Virus record (IMG/VR): IMGVR_UViG_3300006147_000025
DNA length: 50,668 nucleotides
Strand: one strand, 5' to 3'
DNA from: a virus
Numbering within the stretch: the first letter of the stretch is position 1; every line of letters starts with the position of its first letter. Made by a program: the position numbers and the translations under genes. The notes under the pieces are model-generated. The model saw only the letters and a list, made by a program, of their open reading frames with translations, did not search any database and had not been told where the DNA came from. This document shows, in pieces, positions 18,601 to 25,614 of the stretch.

Positions 18601-19789
18601 ATACGAAGCCGCAAGCAAAGCACAGGACACCGCAGACCGCAAGCGGCAAGTATTCGTAGCACAGCCTTACGGCCCTTACGACGTGGGCGACCTTTGGCTA
18701 CGCTCGTGGACGGATAGCACAGGAGTAGCCCGGAAAGACCTCTACCGTTGTGTTACCGCCCGCGCTTCCGGCTTTAACGTGAACGATTGGGCGGAAGCCA
18801 CCTTTTACGACAACACTCAAGTAACCATCGACCGGGGTATAATTACCGCCGGAACGGTGCAACTTGCTAATAAAAATTCCCAAAGTATTGTAGCCGGAAT
18901 AACAGGCGGCGAGAACGAAGCAGCCAACGAAACCGAGGCCCGAAAGGTTAGAATTTGGGCCGGTGCAAGTAAGGCTAATCGCTTTACTGCCCCCTTCCGC
19001 GTTCTTCAAGACGGCTCCTTTGTCGCAACGAAAGGAACGATAACGGGAACAATTAACGCCAAGTCCGGCACTATTGGTAATAAACTTCTTGTTAGCGGTG
19101 AGGGTATAAGTTACGGCGATGTTTCGACGTGGGATTATAGTACAGGCGAGAAAATGCTGTTAAGTCCCCAAGCCATACGCATACAAACCCAAGACACAAC
19201 GGTAGGAAACAGTAACAACCACCCGTTTGGGCGTGTGGCGTTGGGTAAGGGAGCAAATTCTCAGTCGTCATACGATTTCGGAACGATTGCGCATATTTAC
19301 AAATACGATGTTCTTAACTCTTACAGCAGCGCACTACAACCGGCCGTGTTGATAGAATCATACACGCAACAAGGCCCCGGAGTAGCATTAAAAACCAACG
19401 GTTCAATAGTGGCCCGTGGCGGAATTGTCGAAATGGGTAATTATATTGCTACCGACTCTTCCGTTATGAGTGTAATAAATCTATACCCCTTTAACGGTTC
19501 AATATTCATAATTAATAATAAAACGGCTAACAAGCCCGCTTATTTACCTTCCGTTCAAACATTACGCTACATATTTGGAATAAACATATGGCAAGCGTTT
19601 ACGTTCAGAATGGTTGTGATTTCGATGCGGGGTAATTCCAACTTCATACTCCAAAAGCCAACAGACGCCACAGTATATAACGGAAATTCGGCAATTGAAA
19701 AGTTAACAATAGGGGGTAATACCCAGTACGAATTACTATTTATTACCGATGGCTCTACCGCATATTGGAAGATTAAAAATATTTCATAG
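15668..19789 (+). CDS. Tail-associated / host-specificity protein (Tal-fibre fusion, 1373 aa)
   Basis: Follows Dit with a 16-nt overlap. Contains internal tandem modules and an AT-rich C-terminal tip. Confidence 0.65.
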   Translation: MEQIIITHSDGSETPLFSRKNVSGISKATQKTALLSDDVVTVTVSSAVPLPVDIGDRIKVYGRTYTANQLPEPGKNGLRRYEYDITFEGLQYGLIDAQYKLPPDAYGDTYYSDLYGHLRVLVWNANRVQPNKWRLGSCPAEGTTDYKNLTTSSRNCLQVLQDICSEWNVEFEITPGNGFNTINIKEKAGVTHAFTLRYGRGKGLYSLKRTNVNNAGLTTRLFVYGGQDNLGQNYGHTRLCLPNTDRLTSFLEDAKAIAQYGVKENEKVYDIKPERVGEVTAIGPDEITFSDTTAGDNAMFDLNAKKPDGSTRYLLDGVAAKIKFQTGQLAGYEFDVHKYDHATRTFILNRFTDENGMVFPSATSGAFQISKGDKYIITEIQLPESYITAAENKLAEAAKKDFPAMTQPQVSYKLTLSEDFLIKTFGQEVEAEIFHVGDYINVEDEELGINKAVRIVRIERNLLKRHTYELTLSDTVTKSTTVRVLNEIEDINDVININKLADPTRARRRWMATQELLNMVFDPEGDYYSEKIKPLSIETQMLSVGAKSTQFTLLNATFQPNYNKDPNALYISGGRLAHYAIEENIRQWVLTTATYTNLKPATAYYIYARCSTTAGNGTIILSESAITVEQEAGYYNFLVGVLNSVVTDAGGKNPGRLVSLTYGSSTINGRFLRTGRIESSGGGKCYFDLDNDEIGGVIRFVGSDGNYYDIADVQEKTDELKDYINNTLPGVLGELQAQLDGVIEQWFYQSDPSDTTEPTKDWIAAGTKEQDNHLGDLYYNTETGKVWRYIKTTEASGTGKPRDVYKWQELEDTELAQALALAQDALDAANDKAKIFVSTPYTPYHVGDLWVQGNTGDILRCKRERLTGAYNSGDWEKASKYTDDSGLTNFINNNFLPTVSDINDQIDGKIESWFQTTDPATAWTTTAEKLKHVGDYWYNTSTKELKYYRRIAVSTSTSLGTVYVYSWAKIEDQKAIDAYEAASKAQDTADRKRQVFVAQPYGPYDVGDLWLRSWTDSTGVARKDLYRCVTARASGFNVNDWAEATFYDNTQVTIDRGIITAGTVQLANKNSQSIVAGITGGENEAANETEARKVRIWAGASKANRFTAPFRVLQDGSFVATKGTITGTINAKSGTIGNKLLVSGEGISYGDVSTWDYSTGEKMLLSPQAIRIQTQDTTVGNSNNHPFGRVALGKGANSQSSYDFGTIAHIYKYDVLNSYSSALQPAVLIESYTQQGPGVALKTNGSIVARGGIVEMGNYIATDSSVMSVINLYPFNGSIFIINNKTANKPAYLPSVQTLRYIFGINIWQAFTFRMVVISMRGNSNFILQKPTDATVYNGNSAIEKLTIGGNTQYELLFITDGSTAYWKIKNIS

Positions 19790-19801
19790 CAGCTACAACC
19801 T

Positions 19802-19836
19802 GGAGGAAGGCGAAAAACACGGCTTCGCCTTCTTCC
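19802..19836 (+). terminator. 13-bp hairpin after the tail fibre gene
   Basis: ggaggaaggcgaa-N9-ttcgccttcttcc with one G-U pair. No clear T tract follows. Confidence 0.45.
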
Positions 19837-19872
19837 GGGGATAATTTGGCGGTATAATCACGGACAAAACCG

Positions 19873-19933
19873 CTAAAACACTTCACGGAAACTAAGCGAC
19901 GTATTAAATTGATACGATTATAAAGTAAATTTG
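19873..19933 (+). promoter_or_regulatory. Candidate promoter of the DGR target operon
   Basis: TAAATTTG box at 19926-19933, 22 nt before ATG 19956. The 17-bp palindrome cgtattaaattgatacg lies at 19900-19916. An inverted GAAGTGTTTTAG element lies at 19873-19884. Confidence 0.45.
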
Positions 19934-19955
19934 CAGCAACTTAAAACGATACGAT

Positions 19956-20216
19956 ATGGTAAACAGGAACGGCGACCAAGTAAGCGTGCAAGTTTCGGTA
20001 ATTGGCCCGGTCAACTTCGACGGCGGCAGCTTCCGAAAAGATACCCCCTTTTGCGTCAAGAACGACGGAGAAGCGGCGGTAGTGCTTGAAGTAAACCTTT
20101 GGGGAATGCCCGAAGGCGAATTTATTGCCACACGCTTTGAAACAGGGTGGAACCCCGAAATAGTCCGCGAGATAAAATCAACAAGTCAAAAAACCGCCCT
20201 TCTTTGGGGCTATTAA
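19956..20216 (+). CDS. Hypothetical protein (86 aa), first gene of the DGR unit
   Basis: ATG ORF between the candidate promoter and the target gene. Confidence 0.5.
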   Translation: MVNRNGDQVSVQVSVIGPVNFDGGSFRKDTPFCVKNDGEAAVVLEVNLWGMPEGEFIATRFETGWNPEIVREIKSTSQKTALLWGY

Positions 20217-20230
20217 AACAACATACGAAC

Positions 20231-21562
20231 ATGGGTTTAATCATAGCAGCGGGCAACACTAAGCCCGCCTTCCCTTACGATTATTACTACGGCGTGAAAA
20301 TCAAGACGACCGTAGCCGCTACCACGTTGGAAAGAGTGGGCCGCCCGGAACTTCACGTTTCCCTGCCTATTCAGTCCAAAATGCGCCGCTGTGTGCTTCG
20401 TGACAACGGAACGGTAGCCTATTACCTTCACGCCACCGACAGCACCAAGCGCGACAACGGAGCCGCCGCCAACCTTACCGGGGCGGACGGTCAAGTAATG
20501 GTAGAAATTCCGCGCCACTACCGAAAATTTGAGTTCGACGGCACGGACTTAGTAGCCCTTATTTCCGAGTACCCCCTGCCGGGCTTCCACGAAGTCCCCA
20601 AGATGTACCGCAGTGCTTACGAAGCCACCGTAGACCGCACCGTTACGGCTACGCCTAAATTGGCTTCCGTCGTCAACGCTACCGCCGCTTTCCGTGGTGG
20701 AAACAATAACACCGCGTGGGATGGAACATACCGCAGCCTTCTCGGACTTCCGGCTACACAAATTTCCCTTACCAACTTCCGCAACTACGCCCGCAACCGT
20801 GGCGAAGCCGGACTTAACGGCAAAGGGTGGAACTGCGACTTATACGCCGCGCAGCTTACAACCTATTGGCTGTTCGTCATTGAATACGCCAACCTTAACT
20901 GCCAAGCGGCATTTAACCCGCAGCCCGACGCAAACGGTTACAAACAGGGCGGACTCGGCGCAGGCGTAACAACGCTTAATAGTACGAAGTGGAACACATT
21001 TAACGGCTACTACCCGTTCGTCCCGTGTGGCTACACCAACAGCCTCGGCAACGCTACGGGCGTGGTAGAGTTCACAATGCCCACCGAATACGACGCTACC
21101 CCCTTAGTCGTACAGGTTCCAAGTTACCGAGGGTTAGAAAACCCCTTTGGGCATATTTGGAGCTGGACGGACGGCTGCAAGTGTGAGATACAGAGCGACG
21201 CGGACGGCGGGCTGTCAAAGTTCTACGTTTGCAACGACCCGGCGCAGTTCCAAGACAGCAGCTATAACGGCTACGACTACCGGGGCGACCTTCCCCGCAA
21301 GGAAGGTTACGTTAAGGCCATACTTGCCGGAGAGTTCGGCGAGAATATGCCGCGAGAGGTTGGCGGCGGTTCTACGACCTACTTCTCGGACTACTTCTAT
21401 ACCAATATACCCGCTTCCGGCGTGGCTATGAGGGGCGTTTTGTTCGGCGGTGGTGCGTCCGGCGGCGCGTATGCCGGGCTTGCGTTCGCGCATACGGCCG
21501 GCGCGGCTACGGCTACGGATGCGCTCCTCGGCTCCCGGCTTTGCTTTATACCCGCCGCGTAG
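20231..21562 (+). CDS. DGR target protein 1 (443 aa), probable receptor-binding protein with a C-terminal variable ligand-binding fold
   Basis: Start taken at ATG 20231. The last 39 codons are VR1, ending ...GSRLCFIPAA. It lies directly after the tail fibre gene. Confidence 0.85.
   Translation: MGLIIAAGNTKPAFPYDYYYGVKIKTTVAATTLERVGRPELHVSLPIQSKMRRCVLRDNGTVAYYLHATDSTKRDNGAAANLTGADGQVMVEIPRHYRKFEFDGTDLVALISEYPLPGFHEVPKMYRSAYEATVDRTVTATPKLASVVNATAAFRGGNNNTAWDGTYRSLLGLPATQISLTNFRNYARNRGEAGLNGKGWNCDLYAAQLTTYWLFVIEYANLNCQAAFNPQPDANGYKQGGLGAGVTTLNSTKWNTFNGYYPFVPCGYTNSLGNATGVVEFTMPTEYDATPLVVQVPSYRGLENPFGHIWSWTDGCKCEIQSDADGGLSKFYVCNDPAQFQDSSYNGYDYRGDLPRKEGYVKAILAGEFGENMPREVGGGSTTYFSDYFYTNIPASGVAMRGVLFGGGASGGAYAGLAFAHTAGAATATDALLGSRLCFIPAA
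21433..21545 (+). repeat. DGR variable region VR1
   Basis: 113 nt aligned without gaps to the TR at 22035-22147. There are 23 mismatches, all at TR adenines (23 of 29 A positions), and no other mismatch. Confidence 0.95.
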
Positions 21563-21602
21563 CACGTCCACGCCCCACGACCTACAAAAACACAATAACC
21601 CG

Positions 21603-21639
21603 CCCCAACCGCCGCGTACCGTTTATTCGGCGGTTGGGG
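21603..21639. other. 12-bp perfect GC-rich hairpin (ccccaaccgccg-N13-cggcggttgggg) 57 nt downstream of VR1
   Basis: Read directly from the sequence. Could be a terminator, a DGR target-recognition structure, or both. Confidence 0.5.
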
Positions 21640-21657
21640 TCAATAAAAAACAAAAAT

Positions 21658-22011
21658 ATGGATACCCAAACGAACCCCGGACACGACGACGGAACCCTCG
21701 CCTTCCTGAATATTCCACAGGACGAGAATAACAAGCACTTCAACTGCCACGAAACCACGCAGCAGAAGTTAATTAACCTTTCCTTCTTCGTGCTTGACTT
21801 CATCGACGGAGTTAAGACCAAGTTCGGGGCGGAACGCTTCTTAGTGAAGATAAAGCACCCGGACAACAGCCCCGACAAGGCGGGGCAAGTGGAAAAGTTC
21901 TTTACCAATTCCACCGAAATAAAGTATGTGCTTCGTGAGATTAAGAAGCGTAACGCCTTCCCGCGAAAAGTCACTATGAGGGCTTCGGGAACGCGCTACT
22001 ACTTTGAATAA
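21658..22011 (+). CDS. Putative DGR accessory protein in the Avd position but not Avd-like (117 aa)
   Basis: Start taken at ATG 21658 (MDTQTNPG...). It lies between the target gene and the TR. The sequence looks beta-rich and basic at the C terminus, not a four-helix bundle. Confidence 0.5.
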   Translation: MDTQTNPGHDDGTLAFLNIPQDENNKHFNCHETTQQKLINLSFFVLDFIDGVKTKFGAERFLVKIKHPDNSPDKAGQVEKFFTNSTEIKYVLREIKKRNAFPRKVTMRASGTRYYFE

Positions 22012-22034
22012 AACGAATTGGGTTGTTTGCCTTC

Positions 22035-22147
22035 GGGCGTTTTGTTCGGCGGTAATGCGAACAACGGCGCGAATGCCGGGCTTGCGAACGCGAATACGAA
22101 CAACGCGGCTACGAATACGAATGCGAACATCGGCTCCCGGAATTACT
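22035..22147 (+). repeat. DGR template repeat (TR)
   Basis: Non-coding. Contains 12 AAY triplets plus 5 single As in the VR reading frame. Matches VR1 over 113 nt and VR2 over 88 nt, differing only at adenines. Confidence 0.95.
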
Positions 22148-22238
22148 GATACACTTAGCCCCATAGGGTTAAGACACGATACTAAAAAGGCAAAGACCCC
22201 GCCCGCAAAGGCGAAAAATAGTAATTATTTAACGGCTT

Positions 22239-23321
22239 TTGGTAGGCTACACGCCGAAGAACGCCATAGAATCAGCAAAGCAAAAAGAAGTGAAACGACG
22301 CGGAAACATATACGGCGAATTTAGCAGCGTGGAGAATATAACCCACGCTATAATTACGTCGCCAAGCCGCAACAAGAAGAAACCCCGGCGACTTGCAAAG
22401 ACCGTCGAGGAACAGGCGAAGGAAATACACGCCCTTCTCGTTAGCGATAGTTTCCGCCCGTCGCCTTCTTATACCGTTAAAATTCACGACCCCAAAGAAC
22501 GCCTTCTTACCATACTTCCCGAAACGCCCGACAAGATAGTACACCGCGCCCTGTTAAACGTGCTTCGCCCCATTTGGGACAAAGTATTTATTTCCGCTTG
22601 TTATTGCGGAGTGAAGCGGCGCGGGCAACTTCCGGCAGCTAAAAAGGTTTTGGACTTCTTACAGGAAGCCCGGCAGAGCGGCCCGGTATATTGTCTTAAA
22701 TTCGACATAAGGAAGTATTACCCTTCCATAAACCACGAAGTAATGAAGGGAATAGTACGCCGAAGCATTAAGGACAAACGGATCCTTAAAATTTTGGACG
22801 ACATTATAGACAGCGAACCCGGCATTATGCTCGGTAGCCCGCTTAGTCCATACTTCGCCAACCTTTATATTACGCCGTTGTGCCATTGGCTCAAGGAGAA
22901 GAAGGGCGTTAAATACCTTATTGACTACGCCGACGACTTTGTTATACTTTCCAACGATAAAGAGGAATTGCACCGTTTACTCGCCGAGATTGAGGACTAC
23001 ACGACCAACAAATTAAAAATAGAGGTCAAGAGGAATAAGCAAATTTTCCCGGTAGCCTTAGACCGAAGCGACAAACACGGCCGGGGCATTGACTTTTTAG
23101 GCTTCGTCTTTAACCTTAACGAAACACGGATAAGGAAGGGTATTAAGCGAAACCTTTGCCGGAAGTTGGCGAAGTTACGGAAAGCCAAACACCCCGTACC
23201 CGAAAAGGAGTTTTTACAGGCTCTTGCGTCGTGGTGGGGTTGGCTTAAATACAGCGATAGCGACTATTTTATTAACAAACTAAACAAGAAAAGCCCGTAT
23301 GAAATCAAATTCAGACGTTAG
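22239..23321 (+). CDS. DGR reverse transcriptase (360 aa)
   Basis: N terminus RRGNIYGEFSSVENI. Also KFDIRKYYPSINH, LGSPLSPYFANLY, the YADD box (IDYADDFVIL) and IDFLGF. TTG start, with no in-frame ATG near it. Confidence 0.9.
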   Translation: MVGYTPKNAIESAKQKEVKRRGNIYGEFSSVENITHAIITSPSRNKKKPRRLAKTVEEQAKEIHALLVSDSFRPSPSYTVKIHDPKERLLTILPETPDKIVHRALLNVLRPIWDKVFISACYCGVKRRGQLPAAKKVLDFLQEARQSGPVYCLKFDIRKYYPSINHEVMKGIVRRSIKDKRILKILDDIIDSEPGIMLGSPLSPYFANLYITPLCHWLKEKKGVKYLIDYADDFVILSNDKEELHRLLAEIEDYTTNKLKIEVKRNKQIFPVALDRSDKHGRGIDFLGFVFNLNETRIRKGIKRNLCRKLAKLRKAKHPVPEKEFLQALASWWGWLKYSDSDYFINKLNKKSPYEIKFRR

Positions 23322-23721
23322 GCCGGCGGCTATTTTGCCGCTCGGTAACGGTGCCTTCCACTATAACTACAACGTGAAGGCCCGCACACAGGAAGCAGAA
23401 CCCGCACCCCAGGCCGACGAAGGCAACCCCGAAGGAGTGGAAACCGCCGTAATAGTGGAATCGCCCCGAATTGTCTACGACTACGACACCGTGGAAGTGT
23501 GGGGCAACCCGAACTATAAAGAGATAGTCCGCGCCGTCATCCGCGCCGAAGTTTCGGAAACGGAAGAGTTCGGACTGATTAACGACTACAACGCCGCCCG
23601 CGCCGGACTTGTAGAGGAAGCCGAAGCCAAGGAAGCAGAAGAACGCTATACCGCGCACCTTCGCCGCGTCGCCGAGATTAAGGCGATGGTTAAGGTAGAC
23701 CTCGCCGGGGCCGGGTACTAA
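23299..23721 (+). CDS. Hypothetical acidic protein (140 aa) overlapping the RT 3' end by 23 nt
   Basis: ATG ORF. The overlap suggests co-transcription with the RT. Confidence 0.5.
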   Translation: MKSNSDVRPAAILPLGNGAFHYNYNVKARTQEAEPAPQADEGNPEGVETAVIVESPRIVYDYDTVEVWGNPNYKEIVRAVIRAEVSETEEFGLINDYNAARAGLVEEAEAKEAEERYTAHLRRVAEIKAMVKVDLAGAGY

Positions 23722-23736
23722 CCAACCTATACAACG

Positions 23737-24342
23737 ATGGAGTATTTACCCGAAATAATTAGCGCGTTGGCTGTGATTATTACCGCGTGGTTCAGTTACA
23801 ACCAATACGCAAAAAATAAACTTACCGACTTGAAGGTAGAGCAGATGCAGCGCGACAACGAAGTAAAGCGTAAGCGGCGTTCCGACAATTCGGCGTTAGT
23901 CCACGGCGAATTGTGGGAAATACTTCACGAACTTAAAGCCGACCGGGTTTATATAGTTCAGCCGCACCCATTAGGCAACGAAAGCATGGTAAGCATCTAC
24001 TTTGAGAGCAAACGCAAAGGAGTGGAGAGCATGAAGCCGCGTATTCAAAACCTAAAAATGTGCGACGTAGCGAAGTTTTGCGCCGGCCTTACGAAGAACT
24101 TGTTTATGTTCATAACCGACATAGACAACCAAGTAACCGACCGCTACGCAAAATCTTTACTTTCGTCGTGTGGCACGGAGCAGGTAATAATAAAGCGACT
24201 TTCCGATAATTCGCACGATTGGGTAGGCTCAATCTTTTGCGAGTTTACCCACGGGCAGAAGATAGACGAAGCCGAAGCCCGCGCCATTCTTCACGAAGCC
24301 GCTATGAATATTCAGTACATTCTGCCCGCCTTCATTGACTAA
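23737..24342 (+). CDS. Membrane-anchored protein (201 aa), possible holin or lysis-associated protein
   Basis: Single N-terminal TM helix (IISALAVIITAWFSY). Lies immediately upstream of the endolysin. Confidence 0.45.
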   Translation: MEYLPEIISALAVIITAWFSYNQYAKNKLTDLKVEQMQRDNEVKRKRRSDNSALVHGELWEILHELKADRVYIVQPHPLGNESMVSIYFESKRKGVESMKPRIQNLKMCDVAKFCAGLTKNLFMFITDIDNQVTDRYAKSLLSSCGTEQVIIKRLSDNSHDWVGSIFCEFTHGQKIDEAEARAILHEAAMNIQYILPAFID

Positions 24343-24358
24343 CCAATATTAACACAGC

Positions 24359-24931
24359 ATGGCAAATTTAGCAATTTTAGCCCCCTTCATTTTGTCGCAC
24401 GAAGGCGGGTTTGTAAACGACCCCTTAGACCGGGGCGGAGCGACCAACAAAGGCGTTACTATTGCGACATGGCGACAAGTTGGCTACGACAAGGACGGCG
24501 ACGGCGACATCGACGTAGACGACCTCAAGAAGATAACCGACACCGACGCGGTGGAGCGTGTTATGCGTCCCCACTATTGGAACCGGTGGAAAGCCGACCG
24601 CATTACTTCGCAGTCCGTCGCTAACATTGTCGTCGATTGGGTATGGGCTTCCGGCAAGCACGGAATAACCAAGGTTCAGGCCCTTCTCGGCGTGAAGGTG
24701 GACGGCATTGTAGGCGACAAGACCTTAGCCGCCCTTAACGCACAGCCGCCCCGCGTCCTGTTCGACAAGATTAAGGCCGCCCGCGTCGCCTTCATTGAAG
24801 GCATCATAGCCGCCAACCCTTCACAAAAGCGGTTTAGGAAAGGATGGCTTAACCGCCTTAACCGTATTCAGTACGGAAGCCTTACCCACAACACGAACCC
24901 CGCTAAAAAAGTAACCTTCCCCGACGTATGA
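24359..24931 (+). CDS. Endolysin, glycoside hydrolase family 108 with a C-terminal peptidoglycan-binding domain
   Basis: [23 protein letters not shown] signature of GH108. [13 protein letters not shown] is typical of PG_binding_3. An EF-hand-like loop [12 protein letters not shown] lies at 24488-24526. Confidence 0.8.
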   Translation: MANLAILAPFILSHEGGFVNDPLDRGGATNKGVTIATWRQVGYDKDGDGDIDVDDLKKITDTDAVERVMRPHYWNRWKADRITSQSVANIVVDWVWASGKHGITKVQALLGVKVDGIVGDKTLAALNAQPPRVLFDKIKAARVAFIEGIIAANPSQKRFRKGWLNRLNRIQYGSLTHNTNPAKKVTFPDV

Positions 24932-25548
24932 CACGAATAGCCATTTTCCTAATAGCCGCCATCGCCTTCTTCCTTTCCGGCTGTTCCACCACCCGGAAGA
25001 CAACGGCGACCGAAAACCAGGCCGAAGCGCAGCTTACAGCGACGACCGCCGGACAGCAGCACATCGAAGCCACAGGGCAGACCGCAATAATTACCAACGT
25101 GCAGACCGACGAGAAGCAGAACGTAGTTATAGACTTCGCCAAGGTGGAATTTTATCCCGGCGAAGTTCCTACGCTTCCTTCCGACAGCACCGCCCCCGAT
25201 TGGCTTAACGCGATAGTTCCGGGCGGATCCATTGAGGACGGCACGAAGGCCAAGCCCCCCAACGTGAAAAGTATTACTACGGGCCGGGCAGTCATTAACG
25301 GCGAAAAGAACGAGAGCCGGGCGACCGAAGCCACAGCCCAAGCGACCGCCACCGAGGACACCGCAATAAAAGCCGACGTTTCGGCGGCACAACAGGAAGC
25401 CACCGAAACCAAGACCGAGGAAAAGCCGAAGTTCACTATTTGGGATTGGCTTTACCTTATAGTTGTCGGCGGCTTTTCCGCCTATGCCTTATTCTACGGC
25501 GTGAAGACAATTATTAAAATACACAACGCCGCCAAGAAGGGCAGCTAA
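24928..25548 (+). CDS. Unimolecular spanin-like lipoprotein (206 aa)
   Basis: ATGA overlap with the endolysin. Lipobox FLSGC at the N terminus and a C-terminal TM helix ([19 protein letters not shown]). Confidence 0.55.
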   Translation: MTRIAIFLIAAIAFFLSGCSTTRKTTATENQAEAQLTATTAGQQHIEATGQTAIITNVQTDEKQNVVIDFAKVEFYPGEVPTLPSDSTAPDWLNAIVPGGSIEDGTKAKPPNVKSITTGRAVINGEKNESRATEATAQATATEDTAIKADVSAAQQEATETKTEEKPKFTIWDWLYLIVVGGFSAYALFYGVKTIIKIHNAAKKGS

Positions 25549-25558
25549 ACACAAGAAC

Positions 25559-25591
25559 CGAGCCGGAAGCCGTGGGGCAGCTTCCGGCTCG
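25559..25591 (+). terminator. 12-bp hairpin ending the lysis cassette
   Basis: cgagccggaagc-N9-gcttccggctcg, followed by a T-rich stretch. Confidence 0.6.
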
Positions 25592-25614
25592 TCTATTTCC
25601 GGGCAGAATAAAAG

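Noticed and set aside
20147-20230. Upstream extension of the DGR target ORF (471-aa version) overlapping 19956-20216
   Set aside because: The extension has no ATG and overlaps the preceding ORF by 70 nt. ATG 20231 gives a clean 14-nt intergenic gap.
21215-21595. Arg-rich minus-strand ORFs over VR1 (21215-21595), the TR (21841-22164) and VR2 (34943-35287), all containing RIR.RSR..R.R.RKPG-like strings
   Set aside because: They are the reverse-complement reading of the same repeated DGR sequence and overlap well-supported plus-strand genes. Their similarity is a by-product of the TR/VR repeats, not a gene family. They were useful only as a quick check that there are three copies of the repeat and no obvious fourth.
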